A stretch of 64,000 bases of DNA from an uncultured Bifidobacterium sp. (GTDB lineage Bacteria > Verrucomicrobiota > Verrucomicrobiia > Limisphaerales > JADLHS01): contig CAZIJO010000002.1 of assembly GCA_964539515.1 (NCBI GenBank), positions 25,360 through 89,359 of the forward strand, read 5' to 3'. Positions within the stretch are counted from its first letter, which is position 1. Every line of letters starts with the position of its first letter. The position numbers were made by a program, and so were the translations under genes. This document shows positions 1-7,980 of the stretch, one piece after another. Under the pieces are notes generated by a model that was given only the letters and a program-made list of their open reading frames with translations, was not told the origin of the DNA and searched no databases.

Positions 1-436
1 GTTTGAGCAGGACAAGATAATGCTCGCCGCGGCCGGTCAGGTTTTGAACGCCCAGGCCAATTTCGCCCGCGGGAAATTCCTTCTCCCAAGTGTCAAAGTC
101 GCGTTGGGCCAGTTTGAATTTGAGCCCGGTGGCCTTGAAACCGCGCGCTGCCAGCCAGTAGGGTTCGTCGCCGAGACTCGTTTCGCGCACGATCGTGACG
201 ATGACGGGCACGTTGACGCGGAAGCGCAGATGTTCGGTAGCGAGGATTTCGCGCTCGTTGGGCGTCAGGAAGGCTTGGACCTTGGGTGCGGTCAACGCAA
301 TGAGCTGGTCGGCGGTCAGTTCACGTTTCAGGCGCCCGATGATGCCGGCGACCGTATCGTGAATGGACGGATGGCCATCGGTGTGGGCCGCGGCGGGAAT
401 GGTGGCAAAGCTGGCGAGCAACGTGGCTACCAGCAA
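1..436 (-). CDS. secreted protein of unknown function, N-terminal part only (gene runs off the left edge; start codon unresolved)
   Basis: Manual minus-strand translation is uninterrupted: ...KSFCVTLLVATLLASFATIPAAAHTDGHPSIHDTVAGIIGRLKRELTADQLIALTAPKVQAFLTPNEREILATEHLRFRVNVPVIVTIVRETSLGDEPYWLAARGFKATGLKF... The N-terminus looks like a signal peptide. It is absent from the ORF track because it is truncated. The frame stays open upstream to beyond 586 with no ATG or GTG. In-frame TTG at 436 and CTG at 484 are the only start candidates. Confidence 0.6.
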   Translation of the reverse strand, partial: MLVATLLASFATIPAAAHTDGHPSIHDTVAGIIGRLKRELTADQLIALTAPKVQAFLTPNEREILATEHLRFRVNVPVIVTIVRETSLGDEPYWLAARGFKATGLKFKLAQRDFDTWEKEFPAGEIGLGVQNLTGRGEHYLVLLK

Positions 437-513
437 GGTGACGCAAAACGATTTCCCTCTCCCCTTTCGAAGGGGCGAGGGCAGGGTGAGGGGTGGATTC
501 GGCGTTCGATATT

Positions 514-534
514 GGATGTTGGATGTTGAATGTT
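514..534. repeat. heptanucleotide tandem repeat GGATGTT GGATGTT GAATGTT in the leader of the left-edge gene
   Basis: Read directly from the sequence. It is flanked by a perfect 9-bp inverted repeat, GTGAGGGGG at 486-494 and CCCCCTCAC at 553-561. Confidence 0.8.
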
Positions 535-671
535 CATCATTGTCAGCGCGTTCCCCCTCACGGCCCGCACCCCCGCGGCGGGGGCGAGGGAGGAGCGCTC
601 GCCGGCCCATTTCCCCGGTCGTCCATTTCATCGTCTGCGGGATATTACGTTTCATAAAATTCAGTTTCCGT

Positions 672-1937
672 TCAGCCAAGCCGGAAAAACTCGCGTGCGT
701 TGTCATGCAGCATCCGGCGCGCGAGCCGTTCGGCGGTGGCCCGGCTGAAATAGCCGCTGGCCAGTTTTTCATCCAGCACTTCAGCAATCAACCGCCGCGC
801 CGTCTGCAGCGCGCCGTAGGTTTCCTCGACATGCCAGTTGTCGCCCCCCAGCATCATCCGGGATTCGTTGGGCAGGACCTCGATCGCTTCGTGCAGCGCG
901 AGCTTGAAGTGCGACGGGCTCAACAGGAACGACCACGTGAGATCGAGCCAGATGTTGCGATAGACGAATGCCATGCCGAGCAGGTCGCGGCTCCACGGAT
1001 ACGCCAGATGCATCAGCAGGAAACGGGTGCGCGGATGCCGCTCGACCAATCCGGCGACGCCGAGCGGGTGCGAACCGCGAATGATCCCCGTGCCCAGATG
1101 CAGTTGCACCGGAATATCCCGCGCGGCCGCGATCCGGCAGAGATGATCCACGATGAAATCCCCGAACGCCTTGCGTTCCGCCGGTGGCGGCGAGGCCTTG
1201 CCCCATGCGGCCCGAGCCAATGGCTCGTTCGGCTCGTCAAAGTTAATATCCCGGTCGTAGGCGAGCGAGTTTTTGAGCGCGACCTGACCCCGCGCCGCGA
1301 GCCCGGCCACGAGTTTTTCCAAGGCATCCAAGTATTCATCGAACGACCCCGCCTTAAGCCCGACCCGCTTCAGCAGTTCATGCGCGCGATTGTCGTTGTG
1401 GTCGTGCGAATCGGGATGCCAGCCGAGCGCGAGCGAATTGGTGCGCATCACGGAACGGTAATTCGCCCCGAGCGCGGGCCGGGGATCGAGCAACGGGTCG
1501 TTGTAGGCGTCCGTAATGACCGTCGTGACCCGCGCACGGTTCAAGACTTCGTGCGGCCACTCGGGTCGGCGATGAGCGGCCCGTACCGCGGCGTCGAGCG
1601 CCTGCCAGTTGTCGCGCGTAATCTCCGGGGCGCCGCCGCCGCCGTGCAGCTCGACCACGGCGCGAACCAGATTGCGGACAAAAAAGTTTGACCCGCTGTG
1701 ATCCAAAAACGGCGCGAGCGCTTCCCACGTCGTCGGCCCGGCTGCCGCGAGCATCGGATCGGCCTCGCGGGACTCGGACGGGAGGCAGTACGGCCGGGCC
1801 TGCGCCCAGCCGGCGTAGCTTTGCTGGAACAATTGCAGCAGATTGACCTCACGTTGATGGATGATCTCGGGCAGGTGATGCTCATGCACATCCACAATCG
1901 GGAGGTGCTCGACGAATTCGCGCAGGGAATCATGCAT
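672..1937 (-). CDS. amidohydrolase-superfamily metal-dependent hydrolase
   Basis: 421-aa ORF. The N-terminal LPIVDVHEHHLPE motif is the H-x-H metal ligand pattern of TIM-barrel amidohydrolases. The overlapping plus-strand ORFs are Arg/Pro/Gly-rich junk. Confidence 0.8.
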   Translation of the reverse strand: MHDSLREFVEHLPIVDVHEHHLPEIIHQREVNLLQLFQQSYAGWAQARPYCLPSESREADPMLAAAGPTTWEALAPFLDHSGSNFFVRNLVRAVVELHGGGGAPEITRDNWQALDAAVRAAHRRPEWPHEVLNRARVTTVITDAYNDPLLDPRPALGANYRSVMRTNSLALGWHPDSHDHNDNRAHELLKRVGLKAGSFDEYLDALEKLVAGLAARGQVALKNSLAYDRDINFDEPNEPLARAAWGKASPPPAERKAFGDFIVDHLCRIAAARDIPVQLHLGTGIIRGSHPLGVAGLVERHPRTRFLLMHLAYPWSRDLLGMAFVYRNIWLDLTWSFLLSPSHFKLALHEAIEVLPNESRMMLGGDNWHVEETYGALQTARRLIAEVLDEKLASGYFSRATAERLARRMLHDNAREFFRLG

Positions 1938-2050
1938 AAACTGACAGGCAAATCTGACTGGGGATGGTGGGCGGTGTCAACGTCGATGCGCGAAAGGGTG
2001 CAGCTATGGATTGCACCCGCCATCGCGGCTGGCTATACCGACGCGCAACA

Positions 2051-4363
2051 ATGCTACGCATGCTCGCCATCGTGCTGCTCGGCCTGCTGTCCGGCGGGAC
2101 CGGCAGTGCGGCGCCGCATGGTGACGCCAGCATCACCATCACGCCGGCCGCCACGGGCGAACAGCTCGTCCGTACTTCGCTACCGTTGCCCCGCGGGTTG
2201 CTACGGGAGGGCCAGCAATTCGTCGCAACGGATGGCCGGCGAAAAGTCGCCGCGGCGGTCCGCCCTTTGTCATGGCATCCGGTCACGAACGACGAACCCA
2301 AATCCGTACGACGGGCCTTGGTGACATTTCCCTACAAGTTTGCCACCACCGCGCCGGTGACATTTTCGCTCCGCCCGATCAAAGCTGGCAACTCAGCGCC
2401 GCGTGGGTTGCCGGTAACGGCAGTCCTCCGAGACGAGACCGTGACGCTGACCTGGAAGAACGGGGAACGGGTGGAAATGAGCCTCCTTGCACCGGCACGA
2501 AAGTCCAGCGAACCGCCCCGAATCGAAGTAGTCGAAGACCATGACGCCTATCGCTGGCAACGGTGGCATTTTCCCGATCCGCAGTGGCCGCGGATCATCG
2601 AATTGCGCTGCGATATCCTCGGCGGAGTGGTGCTCGTCGCCCATTTGCAACGCAATCTGCCCGAGGACGGACGCGCGCCCAACTTCGGCTGGGACGCCAA
2701 GACGCGGGTCGCTTCGGTCAGCGGCATATCAACCAACACAACCGTGACTTTGAAGGGTGAATCCTTCCGTCACCACTTCGCCGGGGGTGCCAACGCCCGC
2801 TTCGTGCTCGGGAAAGACGGCCTGGCCTTTTACCACCCAGCGGCACCCCTGAAACGCCGGGGGCAGATTGAAATTTCCTTTCCTGCAGCCGGTGAACTCG
2901 ACTACCGCTACTATCGTTGCACCGCCGACGAGGAGGTGCCGATGCAGCCAGCCTCCTGGCAACGGGCGGAGGTGGTCATCGCCCCGTCCCACCTGGCCCC
3001 ACTTTCCGTCACGCTGGAATCGCCGCATCAAGTCAGCGTGCCACCGGCCTGGTGGCAGGAACTATACGGCGTTGAAGGCGCGCCAGCGGGCGCACTGCCA
3101 TCCGAGCTGAACGCCCTGGTCGATTACCACCGCAACGCGGTCCTACGCAGCATGGCCGTGGGCGACGACTGGGGGAATGTAATCGGCTACTCGGACGCGG
3201 CGCCGCACGGCGGGATTATCGGCATGAACCGGCTCAATCATTGTGCGGCGATTTTTGAGGAAGGCTGGCGCAGCGGCGACCGCCGGTTGCTCGAAACGGG
3301 CGTGCTCTGGTGCGACAATTTTTACGATCAATCCATCTGGTGGGGCGAAAAGGAACGGGGCGGCACGCGCTACAACAATGTGATCGGAATGAATCAAACG
3401 CCACCCGACAAAAAATACATGTGGCGTTCCAACAGCTCGGTGAATTTCTGCACGAAAGGCTACGATGCCTTCTGGCTCGCGTGGGAACAGACCGGCGATC
3501 CGCGCCTGCGCGAGGCCCTGGACGCCCAGGTTGCCTATGCCGCGCAGCACCTCCACGCCGACCGGGGGGAGTGCCGGAATATCGGGGACGTGCGCGACTT
3601 CATCCGCCTGTATCGCGATACCGGCGAACGGCGCTATCTTGACGAGGCCCTGCGCTTGTTCCGCGAATTGCGCCACAAGCTTTCCACCGGTGATCTTTTC
3701 GACCAAGGCGGCAAGCCGCTCGATCCGGACCCGCCGTTTATTGACGAAGACCAGCGCGGATTGACCGTGGGCTACGCGAAACCGTACATCATCGGCTACG
3801 CTCTGGCGGGGCTGCCGGAATTGTCACCCTGGGCGCCGGACGAACCAAAGCTGCGCGACGTGGTGCGGGCGGTCGCAGATTTTCTCGCAGATAGCCAGGA
3901 CCCGATCGGCGGCTGGCGTTATCCGCATCCGCGCACCAGTGCCATTATCATGAGCCAGGCGCTGGAGCATGCCTGGCAAATCACGCAGGCGGCCCGGCTG
4001 CTTGGACCGGAGGCGAAGTGGCTCGACGCCATCGAAGCGACCTTGCGCCAGCGAATTCATGGCTGGCGGCGCACGGGTCAGATCTTCAGCGGCCTTGATG
4101 GCTGGGAGATCACCACCGGCAAAGTCAAAGACCGGAAGGAACTTTACGATCTGTACCGGAAACCGGCTGACCGGGACCCGAGCCGCGACTACACCGATGG
4201 GCGTGCCAGTTTTGGCGGCGCGCCTCCGGAAGGCATCGTTTATTTCACCGAAGTCCTCGCGTATTATTTGCAGCACCGCCCGGCGGCGCGGCTGCTGGCA
4301 GAGCCCGAACCCGACAGCCCGCTGGGCCAGGTGTTGTCCCGTGTTCCCGCAACTCCGCCATGA
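2051..4363 (+). CDS. secreted protein of unknown function (about 770 aa), candidate carbohydrate-active enzyme
   Basis: Long ORF 1964-4363. The internal ATG at 2051 gives a signal peptide, MLRMLAIVLLGLLSGGTGSAAPHG. I recognised no family motif. The stop overlaps the next gene's start (ATGA at 4360-4363). Confidence 0.7.
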   Translation: MLRMLAIVLLGLLSGGTGSAAPHGDASITITPAATGEQLVRTSLPLPRGLLREGQQFVATDGRRKVAAAVRPLSWHPVTNDEPKSVRRALVTFPYKFATTAPVTFSLRPIKAGNSAPRGLPVTAVLRDETVTLTWKNGERVEMSLLAPARKSSEPPRIEVVEDHDAYRWQRWHFPDPQWPRIIELRCDILGGVVLVAHLQRNLPEDGRAPNFGWDAKTRVASVSGISTNTTVTLKGESFRHHFAGGANARFVLGKDGLAFYHPAAPLKRRGQIEISFPAAGELDYRYYRCTADEEVPMQPASWQRAEVVIAPSHLAPLSVTLESPHQVSVPPAWWQELYGVEGAPAGALPSELNALVDYHRNAVLRSMAVGDDWGNVIGYSDAAPHGGIIGMNRLNHCAAIFEEGWRSGDRRLLETGVLWCDNFYDQSIWWGEKERGGTRYNNVIGMNQTPPDKKYMWRSNSSVNFCTKGYDAFWLAWEQTGDPRLREALDAQVAYAAQHLHADRGECRNIGDVRDFIRLYRDTGERRYLDEALRLFRELRHKLSTGDLFDQGGKPLDPDPPFIDEDQRGLTVGYAKPYIIGYALAGLPELSPWAPDEPKLRDVVRAVADFLADSQDPIGGWRYPHPRTSAIIMSQALEHAWQITQAARLLGPEAKWLDAIEATLRQRIHGWRRTGQIFSGLDGWEITTGKVKDRKELYDLYRKPADRDPSRDYTDGRASFGGAPPEGIVYFTEVLAYYLQHRPAARLLAEPEPDSPLGQVLSRVPATPP

Positions 4364-5523
4364 AGAAAATCAAAATCTTCGCCCTTCGAGTCCTTGCCCT
4401 GATCGCATCAGCGTTGCCAGCGGTTGCCGCGCCGGAATCATTTCAATCGCCCGGCGTCGTCAAAAACCTGCCGGTGTTCCACGAGCACCTGGCGGGGCGA
4501 ATGGAGTATCCACTGTCCTGGCTGCACGGCGGTCACGGTGAGTTTGATTCCTGGCGGCAACAAGCCCGCGCCAGAGTGATGACATCCCTGCTGCTGCCGC
4601 CGCCGGTCGCCGCCTTCGCGCCGGTCGTCATCGCGGAACAAGACCGCGGCAGCTATGTTGCCCGCAAAGTGGTGTTCAATCTCCCCGGCGACAGCCGGGT
4701 GCTCGCGTATCTGCTCGCTCCCAAGGCGGCGGGCCCGCACCCGGCGGTGCTGCTCCTGCACGATCACGGCGCAAAATTCGACATCGGCAAGGAAAAAGTA
4801 ATCGCGCCTTGGGACGACAAACCGGAGAAGCTCGATTCGGCGCGCAAATGGGTGGAAAAATACTATGGCAACCGGTTCCTTGGCGACGAACTCGCAAAAC
4901 GCGGCTACGTCTGCCTCGCCACCGACATGCTCAACTGGTCGGATCGCGGCGGGGGTGGCTACGACGGGCAGGAGAAACTGGCCGCCAATCTCCTTCAGTT
5001 CGGCACGAGCTTCGCCGGCCTGATCGCCCATGAGGATTTGCGCGCGGCGGAATTTCTGGCAATGCAACCAGACGTGGACCCGAAGCGGGTCGGGGCCATG
5101 GGGCTTTCGGTGGGCGGCTTTCGCACGTGGCAGATCGCCGCGCTTTCCGATCGCATCGCCGCCGGGGTATCCGTTTGCTGGATGGCGACAGCAAAAGGTT
5201 TATTATTCCCGGGCAACAACCAGACCACGGGTCAGTCTGCCTTCACGATGATCCATCCGGGCTTGGCCAACTTCCTCGATTACCCGGACGTCGCCAGCAT
5301 CGCGTGTCCGAAGCCAATGATGTTCCTGGGCGGACGCCGCGATGCGCTTTTCCCGCTGGCAGCAATCGAAGAAGCGTTCACCAAGATGCGCCGCGTGTGG
5401 CAATCGCAGAACGCCGGCGCAAAACTTGAAACGCGGCTCTACGATGCGCCGCATGAATTCAACATTACGATGCAGGACGAAGCGTTCGCATGGCTGGACG
5501 CCCGATTGCAACCGGCGAATTGA
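4360..5523 (+). CDS. secreted alpha/beta hydrolase (esterase, dienelactone-hydrolase / acetyl-xylan-esterase-like)
   Basis: Signal peptide MKKIKIFALRVLALIASALPAVAAP. Nucleophile elbow G-L-S-V-G-G. HDHG and a C-terminal H in the PHEF context fit a Ser-Asp-His hydrolase. Confidence 0.75.
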   Translation: MKKIKIFALRVLALIASALPAVAAPESFQSPGVVKNLPVFHEHLAGRMEYPLSWLHGGHGEFDSWRQQARARVMTSLLLPPPVAAFAPVVIAEQDRGSYVARKVVFNLPGDSRVLAYLLAPKAAGPHPAVLLLHDHGAKFDIGKEKVIAPWDDKPEKLDSARKWVEKYYGNRFLGDELAKRGYVCLATDMLNWSDRGGGGYDGQEKLAANLLQFGTSFAGLIAHEDLRAAEFLAMQPDVDPKRVGAMGLSVGGFRTWQIAALSDRIAAGVSVCWMATAKGLLFPGNNQTTGQSAFTMIHPGLANFLDYPDVASIACPKPMMFLGGRRDALFPLAAIEEAFTKMRRVWQSQNAGAKLETRLYDAPHEFNITMQDEAFAWLDARLQPAN

Positions 5524-5534
5524 CAGAAGAAGCA

Positions 5535-5598
5535 GCCGCCGACGAAAGGAGGCGGAACGTGCGCCCGCGCGATTGGTCCGCCTCCTCACGTCGGCGGC
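5535..5598. terminator. long imperfect hairpin between convergent genes (candidate bidirectional terminator)
   Basis: GCCGCCGACG (5535-5544) plus GGAGGCGG (5548-5555) pair with CCGCCTCC (5578-5585) plus CGTCGGCGGC (5589-5598). The loop is 22 nt. There is no U-tract, so this is not a canonical intrinsic terminator. Confidence 0.45.
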
Positions 5599-7022
5599 TA
5601 CAGGCGATTGAGGTATTCTTCCAGGTTCGTGTAACCGTCACCATCCAGGTCCGCGTTGCGGTCGTCCGGGTCCGCGGGATTCAATCCATGGGCCTGCTCC
5701 CAAGCATCGGCCATCCCATCCCGATCCCGATCCGCCGGAGCCGGTGCGCTGTGGAGTGTCGGCCACCCGCCTACTTCCGCTTGTGAATCCAAAAGTTTAC
5801 CCCGGTGGTGGCGAACATCGTCGATGACCCGGATATCCACAGCGTCGCGATGCAATGATGCCCCGGCCCGGGCGAGGACGAGTTCCGCGGCTTCGAGAGC
5901 CGGCTGGGTCAGGGGCGTATCTGCGGCCGGGACGGGGGAAGTGTCGGTTTTCCAATCCGCGACGCTGCCGCGGTATTGGTAGCCGGTGCCGGAATGCAGC
6001 CAGCGCTTGAAATCGAGCGCGGCGTAATTGTCACGGGTCAAATCGGCGCGCCCTTCAAACACATTGCCGTTCATGTAACCTCTGGCCAGGTCGGGCAGGC
6101 TGCCTTTCATCGCGATGGGCAGTTTCGTCGGATCGGTCATGGGCCCAGGCCGGAAGACGTTGTTGACGCAATTGATGAAGTGATCGGCGAAGTTGGCGGT
6201 GCCGCCGGCGCTCCAGTTGTAGATGAGGTTGTTGCGGAAATCCACGAGGTAACGCGGCGGTGCCTTTGCACTGCCCAGGGTGGGATGGCGATCCCGACAG
6301 GTGGAATAAAGGTTGTGGTGCAGGGAAAGGTTGCCGGACAAATCGCGATACGAGGCGCCCATGGCGTGATCTGTTTTATTGTGCAAGCTGCGATTCAGCG
6401 CCTCGCTAAGGAGGCACCATTGCACGGTCACGTTGCCGCCGCGCCGCAGGTCATGCGTGCCGTCAATCGCCCAACTCAACGAACAGTGATCGATGATCAA
6501 GCGGTCAATGTCCTCCGTGTTGAGGGCGTCGTCGCCGCCCCTCGCGCCTTTCTCCTTGTGCTCGTCGCCGAGGCGGACCCGCAGATAGCGCACGATCACG
6601 TTGGTGGCGTTCTTGATCTGAAACGTGAAATCCTTGAGCGTGATGCCGGCGCCCGGCGCGGTCTGGCCGGCGATGGTGATGGCGGATTTGTCGAGCGTGA
6701 GCCGGCTCTTCAGTTCGATCGTGCCGGACGTCTCGAACACGATGGTGCGCGGACCCGCCGCGGTGCGAATTCCTTCGCGGAGCGAGCCGGGGCCGGAATC
6801 GTTCAGGTGGGTGACAATATAAACATCTCCGCCTCTTCCACCGGTGGCAAACCGTCCAAAGCCTTCGGCGCCCGGGAAGGCGAGGTGTTCCTTGGCCGAC
6901 GCGGCGTCGGCCGCCCCGGAAAATGCTGCGGCGAGCAACAGGAGGACGAAGCCCCAAAAATGGTGATCCCAACGGTCGAAGTTCTTTCGGCAGAGTTTCA
7001 CAGGGCAAAGATCAGGCAGCAT
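5598..7022 (-). CDS. pectate lyase (PL1-like right-handed beta-helix) with C-terminal thrombospondin-type-3-like calcium-binding tail
   Basis: FPGAEGFGRFATGGRGGDVYIVTHLNDSGPGSLREGI; LIIDHCSLSWAIDG; RDRHPTLG. The C-terminus is DRDRDGMADAWEQAHGLNPADPDDRNADLDGDGYTNLEEYLN. It is a paralog of 11189-12925. Confidence 0.85.
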   Translation of the reverse strand: MLPDLCPVKLCRKNFDRWDHHFWGFVLLLLAAAFSGAADAASAKEHLAFPGAEGFGRFATGGRGGDVYIVTHLNDSGPGSLREGIRTAAGPRTIVFETSGTIELKSRLTLDKSAITIAGQTAPGAGITLKDFTFQIKNATNVIVRYLRVRLGDEHKEKGARGGDDALNTEDIDRLIIDHCSLSWAIDGTHDLRRGGNVTVQWCLLSEALNRSLHNKTDHAMGASYRDLSGNLSLHHNLYSTCRDRHPTLGSAKAPPRYLVDFRNNLIYNWSAGGTANFADHFINCVNNVFRPGPMTDPTKLPIAMKGSLPDLARGYMNGNVFEGRADLTRDNYAALDFKRWLHSGTGYQYRGSVADWKTDTSPVPAADTPLTQPALEAAELVLARAGASLHRDAVDIRVIDDVRHHRGKLLDSQAEVGGWPTLHSAPAPADRDRDGMADAWEQAHGLNPADPDDRNADLDGDGYTNLEEYLNRL

Positions 7023-7136
7023 GCCGCTTCGACTTCTCCGCCGTCACAAGGTTGACCATTGAGTAGTAGCCAGAACTGGAACTCCCTCGAAGCCGGGGGA
7101 ATGTTCGGGAGGATGCCTGCGCCGTATGCAGTCGTT

Positions 7137-7952
7137 TCAAAGGTTTGTGGTTGTGCGGGCTTGAAGCCACGTGATGTCCGAATTGTTGAATTGACGAATT
7201 CCGAAAGGGAACGGGGCCACATAGATCACAACCGAGAGCGTGCGACGATCTTTCCACTTGTGACATTCCGTGTGCCCATCCGCGTAACCGAAGCTGCAAC
7301 TGCCCTGATGGAAACTTGCGGGCATGCTTTGCCAGTCGTAAAGCCCCATCTTTACCGCGAACGCGGCGTCGTTGATCGAATCAGGAAGTTCCTCAACCAG
7401 AACCCACAGGTCCGCCGGTCGGGGGCTGACCATGTCGGCGGACTGCTTGTAGATTCTCCACGGGGGGGAGTCTGCATGGCCATTGCTGGCTGCGACGCGG
7501 AACTGCTGATTCATTGAGTAGGTGCGCGTGCGAGGCTCGCCATGGGATCCGAATGACAGGCTTTTGTCCGCCGGACATTTGAACGCAGCGAGACTGTTAA
7601 CGTAAGGCCAAAGCAACGATTCCTTGATCAACGCTTCGTTTGTGTTGTGAGCCGAGCCGTTGTAGTCCAAAAGGCCGTTCATCCAACCGAAAGCATCCGG
7701 CAAACGGTCAGTATTGTCGGAGGCATACATTTGCCAGCCTCGGATGAGTTGCCGCAGGTTGTTTTGGCATTGGAACGCATGGTCGCTCACGCGACTCCGT
7801 GCGAGGGCTGGAGTCAACAGCAGCGCCAATAAGGCGACGACCGCAATCACTGTTGCCAGATCAAATCTGGTGAAAGCTCCTTCGTCGTGCGGAAGTCGTG
7901 AAAAGCTCATCACACCTCCGGGCGGGACAGTTTGCAAGTTGGATTTGTTCAT
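7137..7952 (-). CDS. prepilin-type N-terminal cleavage/methylation domain protein (DUF1559 / H-X9-DG-like pseudopilin)
   Basis: EGAFTRFDLATVIAVVALLALLLTPAL is followed by FQCQNNLRQLIRGWQMYASDN. The C-terminal motif is FGYADGHTECHKW. The start may instead be the internal ATG at 7910. Confidence 0.8.
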   Translation of the reverse strand: MNKSNLQTVPPGGVMSFSRLPHDEGAFTRFDLATVIAVVALLALLLTPALARSRVSDHAFQCQNNLRQLIRGWQMYASDNTDRLPDAFGWMNGLLDYNGSAHNTNEALIKESLLWPYVNSLAAFKCPADKSLSFGSHGEPRTRTYSMNQQFRVAASNGHADSPPWRIYKQSADMVSPRPADLWVLVEELPDSINDAAFAVKMGLYDWQSMPASFHQGSCSFGYADGHTECHKWKDRRTLSVVIYVAPFPFGIRQFNNSDITWLQARTTTNL

Positions 7953-7980
7953 AGTGGCTTGGAGAATCCAGAAAAACGGT

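Noticed and set aside
20-1691. Plus-strand ORFs 20-529 and 363-1691.
   Set aside because: They are antisense to a clean signal-peptide protein (1-436, minus) and to the amidohydrolase (672-1937, minus). Their translations are Arg/Gly/Pro-rich with no motifs, which is typical of high-GC shadow ORFs.
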